From Candidatus Pacearchaeota archaeon (GTDB lineage Archaea; Nanobdellota; Nanobdellia; Pacearchaeales; GW2011-AR1), in assembly GCA_023475035.1 (NCBI GenBank), contig JAMCXF010000033.1, positions 2,868 through 44,114 on the forward strand: DNA of 41,247 bases, given 5' to 3'. The first letter of the stretch is position 1; each line of letters starts with the position of its first letter. This document shows, in pieces, positions 26,328-34,809 of the stretch. The notes under the pieces are model-generated. The model was not told where the DNA came from, ran no database searches, and saw only the letters and a list, made by a program, of their open reading frames with translations. Made by a program: the position numbers and the translations under genes.

Positions 26328-28046
26328 ATGGCTTTTATTGTCAAGAAAAATATAAGCGGAAAAGATTATTATTATCTTAACGAAAACAAAAGAATCGACG
26401 GGAAAGTTAAAACAAAAAGTCTTGCTTATCTTGGAAAAACTAAAAAAGAAGCCGAAAAAAAAGCAAAGGAAATCATGAGAACAATGAACAAACCATCAGA
26501 AAATGAAAACAAGAAAGAGTCAAAAACTGAAACGAAAAAAGCTATTGCGCATACGCATCGTGAAATATCCATTGATGGCAAACAAGGTTCAATTAATAAA
26601 ATAACAATTGAAGAGATAGCAAATTTCTGCAAAAGCAAGGGATTTATTTTCCGAAGCTCTGACATTTACGGCGGGTTTGCAGGATTTTGGGATTTTGGTC
26701 CTCTTGGAGTTGAGTTAGTGAATAACCTAAAAAAAGAATGGTGGAAATTTTTTGTTCACGAAAAGGAAAATGTCGTCGGGATGGAAGCAAGCGTGATAAG
26801 TCATCCGCGAGCGTGGATTGCGAGCGGGCATGTTGCAAATTTCAGCGACGTCGCTGTTTATTGCCCAAGATGCAAATTATCAACAAAAATTGACAAGAGC
26901 GAAGTTGGAAAAGTAAAGTGTGAGAAATGCGCTGGTGATTATGAAGTCAAAGGAGAATTCAATTTAATGTTCAAGACAAAAGTCGGAGCAATTGATACTG
27001 TTGATGCTTATCTTCGAGGAGAAACTGCGCAGGGAATGTTTATGGATTTCAAACTAATCCAGCAAACATCAAGAATGCAACTGCCTTTTGGAATTGCACA
27101 AATCGGAAGATGTTTCAGAAATGAAATTGCACCAAGAGATTTTTTGTTCAGAAGCAGAGAATTTCACATTGGAGAATTTGAATTTTTCATAAATCCTGAA
27201 GAGAAAAAATGTGAATTGCTTGACGATAAACATCTTAGCACAGAATTTAATTTTCTTGATGAGGAAACACAAAAATCAGGAAAAGACACACTAAAAAAAA
27301 CAGCAATAAAAGATTTACTGAAAAAAGGAAAGCTTGACGAATGGCATGCTTACTGGCTTGCAGAACAAATTATTTGGTTTAAAAAATTAGGACTTAATGA
27401 AATAAAAATAAGGGAGCATACAAAAGAAGAATTAAGCCATTACAGTTCTGCAACTTTTGACATTGATTATGAGTATCCTTTTGGTTCAAAAGAAGTTGCA
27501 GGAAACGCGAACAGAGGGCAATACGATTTGACACAGCACCAGAAAGAAAGCAAGCAAAATATGGAAATCTTCGACGAGAAATACAAGAAAAAAGTAATTC
27601 CGAGAGTTATTGAACCCACTTTTGGAATTGAAAGAATTTTTCTTGCTATACTGACAAAAGCGTACACATATGACTCTGAAAGACAAAATATTGTTTTGAA
27701 AATTCCTGCATTTTTATCTCCGATAAAAGCAGCAATTTTTCCAATTGTAAAGCGAAATGATTTTGAAAAAATTTGTCTTGATGTTTTGAATGACTTGAAA
27801 AAAAATTTTCATGTTGTTTATGATGAATCGGGGAGTATTGGGAGAAGATATGCAAGAAATGATGAAATAGGAACGCCTTACTGCATAACTGTCGACGATA
27901 AATCCCTGACAAATAAAGATGTTACAATCAGGGACAGGGACACAAAAAAACAAATCCGAGTGAAAATCTCTGAGCTAAAAAAGATTATGGATGAATTAAT
28001 CAACGGAGAAATTGAATTTGAAAGTGCTGGGAAGTCAATAAATTAA
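26328..28046 (+). CDS. glyS: Glycyl-tRNA synthetase (alpha2 type) with an extra ~90-aa N-terminal extension
   Basis: IYGG.AGFWDFGPLG, YLRGETAQG, AQIG.CFRNEI.PR..LFR.REF, VIEPTFG.ER, SIGRRY.R.DEIGTPYCITVD. Confidence 0.95.
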   Translation: MAFIVKKNISGKDYYYLNENKRIDGKVKTKSLAYLGKTKKEAEKKAKEIMRTMNKPSENENKKESKTETKKAIAHTHREISIDGKQGSINKITIEEIANFCKSKGFIFRSSDIYGGFAGFWDFGPLGVELVNNLKKEWWKFFVHEKENVVGMEASVISHPRAWIASGHVANFSDVAVYCPRCKLSTKIDKSEVGKVKCEKCAGDYEVKGEFNLMFKTKVGAIDTVDAYLRGETAQGMFMDFKLIQQTSRMQLPFGIAQIGRCFRNEIAPRDFLFRSREFHIGEFEFFINPEEKKCELLDDKHLSTEFNFLDEETQKSGKDTLKKTAIKDLLKKGKLDEWHAYWLAEQIIWFKKLGLNEIKIREHTKEELSHYSSATFDIDYEYPFGSKEVAGNANRGQYDLTQHQKESKQNMEIFDEKYKKKVIPRVIEPTFGIERIFLAILTKAYTYDSERQNIVLKIPAFLSPIKAAIFPIVKRNDFEKICLDVLNDLKKNFHVVYDESGSIGRRYARNDEIGTPYCITVDDKSLTNKDVTIRDRDTKKQIRVKISELKKIMDELINGEIEFESAGKSIN

Positions 28047-28107
28047 AAATAAAAACATTTTTTCCGACGATAAATCACCAACGATTTTTTTAATTTTTAA
28101 GCAAAAA

Positions 28108-28153
28108 TTTATAAACAAGAAAATCTTAATATGAATAATTAAAATAGAGGTGA
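28108..28153 (+). promoter_or_regulatory. TATA box (tttataaa) and Shine-Dalgarno (GAGGTGA) of the small basic protein gene
   Basis: tttataaa at 28108-28115; gaggtga at 28147-28153, 3 nt before ATG 28157. Confidence 0.65.
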
Positions 28154-28156
28154 CAA

Positions 28157-28330
28157 ATGGTAACAAGAGCAAGAACAACTGCTAAGCAGAAGACTGCGGC
28201 TAGAAAAAATTTGGTGAAAGCCAGAAAAAAGTGGAAAGGAATGACCCACAAAGCTAGAAAAGCAGCTATGCCGAACAAGAAAAGAAGAACAACCAAGAAG
28301 AAGACAACAACCAAAAAAAGAAAAAGATAA
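28157..28330 (+). CDS. Small, very basic protein (57 aa), missing from the ORF track
   Basis: MVTRARTTAKQKTAARKNLVKARKKWKGMTHKARKAAMPNKKRRTTKKKTTTKKRKR; strong SD, TATA, and a T-rich downstream tract. Confidence 0.8.
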   Translation: MVTRARTTAKQKTAARKNLVKARKKWKGMTHKARKAAMPNKKRRTTKKKTTTKKRKR

Positions 28331-28410
28331 TTTTATCTTCGGTAATGTCATCTTCTATTTACTTTTTATTTTTTAATTAATTTTTTAAACTATTTCTCAT
28401 TATTTTTATT

Positions 28411-28637
28411 ATGCCTGAAAAAGACTGTATTTTTTGCAAAATGTCCGCGGAGGAAATTCCTGTAAAAAGATTTATGAGAATGAAAATTTTTTTTCAATTC
28501 CTGACATCAATCAAGAAATAAAAGGACATGCTTTAGTTATTTCGAAAAAACATTTGGCAACTATTCTTGAATTACCGAACAGCATTGTAAAACACTTTCA
28601 TATACATATTTTACCTAGAAAAAAGATGATGAGATAA
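28411..28637 (+). pseudogene. HIT-family hydrolase, frameshifted and internally deleted
   Basis: MPEKDCIFCKMSAEEIP in one frame continues as CKKIYENE...GHALVISKKH...HFHIHILPR in another (1-nt loss near 28460). The central helix/NNG region typical of HIT proteins is absent. Confidence 0.8.
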
Positions 28638-28646
28638 ATATCCTTT

Positions 28647-28919
28647 AATGACTCTGGGCTAAAATTTAGGAAAAATTTTGCCTGCATCGCCATACTTCGT
28701 ATGGCTCTGTGTCCTCTCTTCGTTGCGGGCGAGCATTTTCTCATTCTTCGAAAATGGCTCTGGAGAGTGCTGACCTCTTACTCGAGCCCCCACTCGTTGC
28801 AATTAAAATTTATCTCGCACTCGTGAAAACTCTCTACCCAACTCCCCACTCGTAGCTATAAAAATTACTGGCACTCGTGAAAACTCTCGCGACCTCTGCC
28901 TACGGCCTCGATCGCGGAA
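28647..28919 (-). repeat. Array of tRNA(CAU) 3'-end duplications with structured spacers, including two CACTCGT-type units
   Basis: 25-bp aatggctctggagagtgctgacctc at 28753-28777 equals 28918-28942; shorter copies at 28701-28709 and about 28647-28657; units at 28780-28834 and 28844-28888. Confidence 0.9.
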
Positions 28920-28991
28920 TGGCTCTGGAGAGTGCTGACCTCCCGACCTCGGCCTTATGAGAGCCGCGCTCTACCGCTGAGCTACAGAGCC
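28920..28991 (-). tRNA. tRNA with CAU anticodon (elongator Met or Ile2), atypical T-loop
   Basis: GGCTCTG...CAGAGCC-A; D-arm GCTC/GAGC; anticodon arm CGGCT-CTCATAA-GGCCG; T-loop GTCAGCA. Confidence 0.85.
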
Positions 28992-29038
28992 TGTTTATAA
29001 TGCAAAGAAAAAGATATTTTAAAAGTCTTCTTATAGAA

Positions 29039-29218
29039 CTAAATTTTCATTTTTTCGATTCGAGTGAACAATCCTGCTGCCTGATTTCTCAGCTTCTTAC
29101 TCGGCATAATCCCCTTCAAAATTTCTTTATTTTTATTAAAATCCTTATTAAATTTGACTCCTTCTCCAGTTACTTTCTTCGTAAATCTTCTTACTAATCT
29201 TGATTTTATCTTACCCAT
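29039..29218 (-). CDS. rps17e: 30S ribosomal protein S17e (eS17), missing from the ORF track
   Basis: Hand translation MGKIKSRLVRRFTKKV...FNKDFNKNKEILKGIMPSKKLRNQAAGLFTRIEKMKI (59 aa). Confidence 0.88.
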   Translation of the reverse strand: MGKIKSRLVRRFTKKVTGEGVKFNKDFNKNKEILKGIMPSKKLRNQAAGLFTRIEKMKI

Positions 29219-29265
29219 ATTATTTTTCTTGTTTTTTGCTATTTAAAGGTTTCTCTGCTATTTTG

Positions 29266-30297
29266 TCACTCAATCCTGTCAATTTCAGAAAGATTTCTAA
29301 CGGCTTCAATCAAGTCACTTAATTTCTTTGGCGTCTCAGCCATAAAAAGAATGCTGTATTTCAGATTTTCTTCTAAAGCTTTTTTATGTGATTTTAAAAT
29401 TTCTTTTTCTGTAATCTTTTTTTGATTGAACACAAAAAGCAATTCTTCTTTCCTGTCTTTTTTTATTTTCAAAACTGCTTCATTGTTTCTGAAATCTTTT
29501 ATATCCAAAATTTCAATATTCTTCTTTTCCAAAAATTCTTTTATTTTATTAAAAAAGTTTTCATCTTTTTTGTTATTGTTCTGTTTTTTCTTTTTTGGTT
29601 TTGGTTTTTCTTTTTTTGAAACTTGTTCTGACTCTTCGTGAACAGAAACAGATTCATCTTGTTTTTTTGGAACATCAAAAATATTTTCTATCTTTTTTTC
29701 TTCTATGATTACAACTTCTTTTCTTTCTGAAATTTGCTCAACAGGTATTTCTGTTTCCTGTTTAATTTCAACAATCTCCATTTTTTCTTCAATCTTTGGT
29801 TTTTGTTCCTCAAAAGACACCTTATCGGTTTCTTTTGTAAGCTTCCCTTTAAAATACTGCTCACGGCTGTTCTCTTTTGGATTAAAATCTTCTTCTGGAA
29901 TGGTAAAATATCTCCAGTAAATATCTTCATCTTTTCTGAAAGGAATTGCAAAATCTTTTATTTCTCTTAGTGCAACTCTTATTGCGGGCTGAAGTTCAGA
30001 ATCTTTCAAAAATTTTTTTTCTTTCAAAAAAAGAAATGCCTCTTTCTCTTTGCTTTTGAGATACTTTGAAAAATTTTCAAGCTGGGGCTCTTGTCCTGGA
30101 ATAAAATAAAGCGGAGAACTGCCGACTTTCAGATTGCTTATGCCTATCATTTTTTCGCTATATAAATCAGATAGAAATGCCGATGCAAAAAGAATGCTCA
30201 ATCCTGTTTCTTTTGATATATGAACAGGTAAACTAGGGCCTCTTAACCTGATAAAATGCATTATCTTCTCTTTTACTTGGAGCGCGTCCTGAACCAT
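29266..30297 (-). CDS. Hypothetical protein with N-terminal winged-helix-like domain and charged linker
   Basis: I..FI.LRGPSLPVHISKETG...LFASAFLSDL pattern; the linker contains the 60-bp element. Confidence 0.75.
   Translation of the reverse strand: MVQDALQVKEKIMHFIRLRGPSLPVHISKETGLSILFASAFLSDLYSEKMIGISNLKVGSSPLYFIPGQEPQLENFSKYLKSKEKEAFLFLKEKKFLKDSELQPAIRVALREIKDFAIPFRKDEDIYWRYFTIPEEDFNPKENSREQYFKGKLTKETDKVSFEEQKPKIEEKMEIVEIKQETEIPVEQISERKEVVIIEEKKIENIFDVPKKQDESVSVHEESEQVSKKEKPKPKKKKQNNNKKDENFFNKIKEFLEKKNIEILDIKDFRNNEAVLKIKKDRKEELLFVFNQKKITEKEILKSHKKALEENLKYSILFMAETPKKLSDLIEAVRNLSEIDRIE
29810..29869 (-). repeat. 60-bp in-frame interspersed element, copy 2
   Basis: 58/60 identical to 4193-4252; encodes SREQYFKGKLTKETDKVSFE. 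Confidence 0.95.
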
Positions 30298-30345
30298 TAT
30301 TAAAGAGGACAAAAGAAAGTTATAAAGATTTTTATGCTAGAAACA

Positions 30346-30864
30346 TCAAGGTTTAATCCAGCTTACTTCGTAATAACTGATGTCTCCTTCTTCATCGGCA
30401 ATTGCAAGAAGCAAGTTCTTTTTTGTGCTGTGAGCGACACGGTTTTTGGCTGAGAATTCGTGCCAAGTAAATCTTTTTGATTCGTGTTCAGCGAAGACAA
30501 TCCATTTTGCATGAGCTACTCCTGGTCTTGCTCCTTTTGTATAAACCCTGAAATCTGCCCCGAATTTTAATGCTGTTTTAACAACATATCCTCTTTCTCT
30601 TAAATCCTTGAACACAAGATATTTTATCTGGATTTTTTTGTCAATCTTCCTGCATTTTTCCATAAATTCTCTTTTTGATATCTTTTTGTTTTTTGAGAAA
30701 ATTTCTATTTTCCCTTTTTCAAGCAGGAATAATGCTTCGACTAAGGAATATTGGATTTTGTCATCTTTCGGCTCTCCGAAATGACTTTTTTCATAAAGAG
30801 AGAATGCGTCTGAATCTGCACTTGAAATTATCTCTCCAATTACATATGCATTTATCTTTTCCAT
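30346..30864 (-). CDS. endA: tRNA-splicing endonuclease
   Basis: SLVEALFL, YLVFKDLRERGYVVKTALKFGADFRVY, catalytic Tyr/His/Lys (FRVY, AHAKW, RVAHSTKK). Confidence 0.95.
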   Translation of the reverse strand: MEKINAYVIGEIISSADSDAFSLYEKSHFGEPKDDKIQYSLVEALFLLEKGKIEIFSKNKKISKREFMEKCRKIDKKIQIKYLVFKDLRERGYVVKTALKFGADFRVYTKGARPGVAHAKWIVFAEHESKRFTWHEFSAKNRVAHSTKKNLLLAIADEEGDISYYEVSWIKP

Positions 30865-31054
30865 TGTTGAAATACGGCAAAGCAATATTTAAAAATATGC
30901 TTTGCATAAAAATTTTATGACTGATAAACCTAGCCAGATACTGAATTTAGTTTTACCAGTTGCAGTTCTCTTAGTCTTACTATAATTCTCAAGTTTTTTA
31001 CTTGAGACAGAATTTATGATATCAGAGAACTCTCTAAATAAATGAAACAAAAAT

Positions 31055-31297
31055 ATGGAAAAACAAAGAAGAAAAATTGTTTACAACTGTGTCTTCGGAA
31101 AGTATGAAGTTCTAAAACCCAAAAATGGAAACGGGTGGTATGCTGAAGGAGAGAAAAAGACACTTCACGGACTTGATGAACTTTTGAAACAGGATGAATT
31201 CAATTTTGAAATGTCTGAAGAAATCTCCGAAACTATTGAGACATACAGAACAGAACGCGAAAGAAGAACAAAATATTTCACATCCAAAATAATTTAA
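31055..31297 (+). CDS. Hypothetical protein (80 aa)
   Basis: ATG ORF filling the gap upstream of leuS; no motif recognised. Confidence 0.55.
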   Translation: MEKQRRKIVYNCVFGKYEVLKPKNGNGWYAEGEKKTLHGLDELLKQDEFNFEMSEEISETIETYRTERERRTKYFTSKII

Positions 31298-31319
31298 ACA
31301 ATTAAAACAATCAAATACA

Positions 31320-33782
31320 ATGGAAATAGATTTTTCTAAAATAGAAAAGAAATGGCAGAAGAAATGGGAAGACGGGAAAATCTTTGAAGTTAAAGAAAAT
31401 CCAAAAAAGAAAAAGTTTTATGTTCTTGAAATGTACCCTTATCCTTCAGGAAGCGGTTTGCATATTGGACACGCCTTCAATTATACTATTGGGGACATTA
31501 TTGCCAGAATGAAAATCATGCAGGGATTTAATGTTCTTCACCCTATGGGTTTTGATTCTTTCGGGTTGCCTGCTGAAAATGCTGCAATCAAAGCAAAGTC
31601 ACATCCTAAAATTTTTACAGAAGAAGCAATTGCAAATTATATAACTCAACAAAAAGCGTTGGGAATAACTTATGACTGGAGAAGGATGGTTGAAACCCAT
31701 AAACCAGATTATTACAAATGGGACCAGTGGATTTTTTTGAAGATGTTCGAGAAAGGGCTTGCTTACAAGAAAAAGTCTTCTGTTAATTGGTGCAGAATGT
31801 GCGGAACTGTCCTTGCAAATGAACAAGTTAAAAATGGAGCCTGCTGGAGACACGAAGATATAAATGTAGAAATAAAACAATTGGAGCAATGGTTTTTTAA
31901 AATAACAGACTATGCCGATGAGCTTTATGAAAAAATTGATACTCTTGAAAACTGGCCCGACAGAATAAAAGCAATGCAAAAAAACTGGATTGGAAAATCT
32001 CACGGGACAGAAATTCAGTTTGAAATAAATGGAGAGAAATGGCCGATTTTCACGACTAGGCCGGATACTATTTTTGGAGTTACATTCATGGTAATTTCTG
32101 CACAGCATCCGAGATTGATGGAACTTGTTACAAACGAGCAAAAAAAAGAAGTTGAGAAATTTTTGAAGAAACTTAAATCAACATCTGAAAAAGAATTAGC
32201 TGATTTGGAGAAGGCAGGAGTTTTCACAGGAAGTTATGCAATCAATCCTATTACAAAAGAAAAAGTTCCTGTCTGGGCAGGCAATTTTGTCGTCGCTGAT
32301 TATGGAGCAGGAATGGTAATGGCTGTGCCTGCACATGACCAAAGAGATTTTGAGTTTGCTGAAAAATATGAAATCCCTGTGAAAATTGTCATACAGCCTG
32401 AAGAGCATTTATCTCCTGAAAGAATGACAGAGGCTTATACAGGCAGCGGAAAGTTAGTTAATTCTGAAGGATTTGACGGATTGCATAATGAAGAAGCAAA
32501 AGAACATATTGCAATTTATCTTAAAGAAAAAAAGTTAGGGAAGAAGGTTATTAATTACAAATTAAGAGACTGGCTTATTTCAAGACAGAGATTTTGGGGA
32601 ACGCCTATTCCAATAATTTATTGTGACAAGTGCGGGATTGTTCCTGTTCCTGAAAAAGATCTGCCTGTAAAACTTCCTGATAACATAAAATTCAAAAGCG
32701 AAAAAAATCCTCTTATTGACAATAAGGAATTTGTTAATGTCAAATGCCCAAAATGTAAGGGCAATGCAAAAAGAGAAACAGATACAATGGATACTTTTGT
32801 AAATTCTTCGTGGTATTTTTTTAGATATTGCGATGCTAAGAACTCAAAAGAGATATTTGAAAAGAAAAAAACAAAATACTGGATGCCTATTGATTTATAC
32901 ATTGGAGGAGCAGAACATGCCTGCATGCATCTTATCTATTTCAGATTTTACACAAAATTTTTGAGAGATTTAGGATTAACTGATTTGGATGAACCGACGC
33001 AAAATTTGTTTAATCAGGGAATGATTCACGGCGAAGACGGATTTGTGATGTCAAAATCAAGGGGAAATGTAATTGACCCTTTAGATGTTTCAAAGAAATA
33101 CAGTGCCGACACTCTAAGAATGTTTTTGGTTTCAGTCTCTTCTCCTGACAGAGATTCTTCCTGGAGCTCGACAGGAATTGAGAGCATGCATAAGTTTGTA
33201 AATAAATTTATCAATTTTGTCTTGGAGATTAAAAAAGGAAAATCTTCTGAAAAAGCTGAAAGCAAAATTAACAAGGCAATCAAAGAAATTACAAATGATA
33301 TTGAAGGAATGCAATACAATCTTGCAATAATAAAAATAAGGCAGTTGACTGATTCACTATCTGAAGAAAAAGAAATCTCAAAAAAAGATACTGAAAAAAT
33401 TATAAAAATTATTACTCCTTTTTGCCCACATATTGCTGAAGAACTTTGGGAAAAGCTCGGAAATAAATCATTTATCTCTCTTGAAAAATGGCCTGTTGCT
33501 GACGAGAAAAAAATAAATGAAAAACTTGAAGAGCAGGAAAAAGCAGTTGAAAGCCTTATTGGCGACATTAACAATGTTCTGAAAATCGTCGGTGAGAAAA
33601 ATAAGGTTTCTATCTATGTAATTCCCAAAGAAAAAGAAATTTATGAAGATGCAACAGAGACAATCAGAAAGAAAACAAATCTTGATGTCAGCATTTATTC
33701 TGTAAATGACAAGGACAAATATGATCCTGAAAATAAATCCAAAAAAGCTAAATTAGGAAAACCTGCAATTTATCTAGAATAG
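31320..33782 (+). CDS. leuS: Leucyl-tRNA synthetase (bacterial-type core, archaeal-type C-terminus)
   Basis: EMYPYPSG.GLHIGH, GFDSFGLPAENAA, FTTRPDT, DWLISRQRFWGTPIP, VMSKS, C-terminal YDPENKSKKAKLGKPAIYLE. Confidence 0.96.
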   Translation: MEIDFSKIEKKWQKKWEDGKIFEVKENPKKKKFYVLEMYPYPSGSGLHIGHAFNYTIGDIIARMKIMQGFNVLHPMGFDSFGLPAENAAIKAKSHPKIFTEEAIANYITQQKALGITYDWRRMVETHKPDYYKWDQWIFLKMFEKGLAYKKKSSVNWCRMCGTVLANEQVKNGACWRHEDINVEIKQLEQWFFKITDYADELYEKIDTLENWPDRIKAMQKNWIGKSHGTEIQFEINGEKWPIFTTRPDTIFGVTFMVISAQHPRLMELVTNEQKKEVEKFLKKLKSTSEKELADLEKAGVFTGSYAINPITKEKVPVWAGNFVVADYGAGMVMAVPAHDQRDFEFAEKYEIPVKIVIQPEEHLSPERMTEAYTGSGKLVNSEGFDGLHNEEAKEHIAIYLKEKKLGKKVINYKLRDWLISRQRFWGTPIPIIYCDKCGIVPVPEKDLPVKLPDNIKFKSEKNPLIDNKEFVNVKCPKCKGNAKRETDTMDTFVNSSWYFFRYCDAKNSKEIFEKKKTKYWMPIDLYIGGAEHACMHLIYFRFYTKFLRDLGLTDLDEPTQNLFNQGMIHGEDGFVMSKSRGNVIDPLDVSKKYSADTLRMFLVSVSSPDRDSSWSSTGIESMHKFVNKFINFVLEIKKGKSSEKAESKINKAIKEITNDIEGMQYNLAIIKIRQLTDSLSEEKEISKKDTEKIIKIITPFCPHIAEELWEKLGNKSFISLEKWPVADEKKINEKLEEQEKAVESLIGDINNVLKIVGEKNKVSIYVIPKEKEIYEDATETIRKKTNLDVSIYSVNDKDKYDPENKSKKAKLGKPAIYLE

Positions 33783-33783
33783 C

Positions 33784-34809
33784 ATGAAAATCAAGAGGTG
33801 GTTTTTTGTCGGAATAATTTTTCTTGTTTTAACCGTTTCAATTATTTATTTTTTATTTCTGAAAAATGAGCCTATATGCAATGACGGAACTTCTTACAAT
33901 GAATGCTCTGAGATAAAACCTTATTTTTGTTCTGCAGGAATTTTAATTGAAAATGCTTCTTTTTGCGGATGCAGTAATTTGTCAAGAATAAACAACAATA
34001 AATGCATTGCAGAATATCAGAATGAACCAAAAACAATAAAATTAAATTATGTACTGAACGGAAAAAAAGGAGAAATAAACTTTACTGTCTATAAAAATCT
34101 CAGCGATTATCTTTCTGAAATTCCGAGATACATTGAAACTGTCGACGGAAAAGAAGCAACTCTTTTTGATTTTAAACTGAAAAGTCTTGATGAAACATAT
34201 CAGAGGGAATCGCTGCTGCCTCTTGTCATTGCAATAGAAAATTCGGCAAAGACCAGGGATGACCAGGCAAGAATTGCAATAAGCATTGTCCAAAACATTC
34301 CTTTTGGGGGCACAAATAAAACATTAAGAATCGGGAGCATAGACATTGAATATTACAGATATCCGTATGAAGTTCTTTATGATTCAATGGGAGTATGCGG
34401 GGAAAAATCCGAACTGCTTTCTTTTTTGTTAAGAGAATTAGGATATGAAAATGCCTTTTTTTATTATGCTGCAGAAAATCACGAGGCAATGGGAATAAAA
34501 TGTCCTGTCGAAAAAAGTTTGGGCAGTTCGGGATATTGCTTCATAGAAACAACAGGGCCTTCAATAATCACGGATTACAAAACAGAATATGTCTCTTTCG
34601 GGCAACTTTCATCTACCCCACAAATAATTCGGATTAACGGAGATTTAACTTTTGGAGAAAATAATTTTTATGAATACAGCGATGCAAAAACTTTGAACAA
34701 AATAAGAGACAGCTCAAAAAATTACGGAACAATTAATTATATTCAGCATCTGCAATTTAATGGCTTGGTAGAGAAATACGGACTTCAAACTTTTGAAGAG
34801 AAATTTTAA
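33784..34809 (+). CDS. Membrane-anchored transglutaminase-like protein
   Basis: N-terminal TM, small Cys-rich module, YPYEVLYD..GVCGEKS.LL..LL..LGY, later H and FIETT. Confidence 0.75.
   Translation: MKIKRWFFVGIIFLVLTVSIIYFLFLKNEPICNDGTSYNECSEIKPYFCSAGILIENASFCGCSNLSRINNNKCIAEYQNEPKTIKLNYVLNGKKGEINFTVYKNLSDYLSEIPRYIETVDGKEATLFDFKLKSLDETYQRESLLPLVIAIENSAKTRDDQARIAISIVQNIPFGGTNKTLRIGSIDIEYYRYPYEVLYDSMGVCGEKSELLSFLLRELGYENAFFYYAAENHEAMGIKCPVEKSLGSSGYCFIETTGPSIITDYKTEYVSFGQLSSTPQIIRINGDLTFGENNFYEYSDAKTLNKIRDSSKNYGTINYIQHLQFNGLVEKYGLQTFEEKF

Noticed and set aside
28647..28942. CRISPR array
   Set aside because: The repeats are tRNA ends of unequal length, spacers are irregular and partly repeated, and there are no cas genes.
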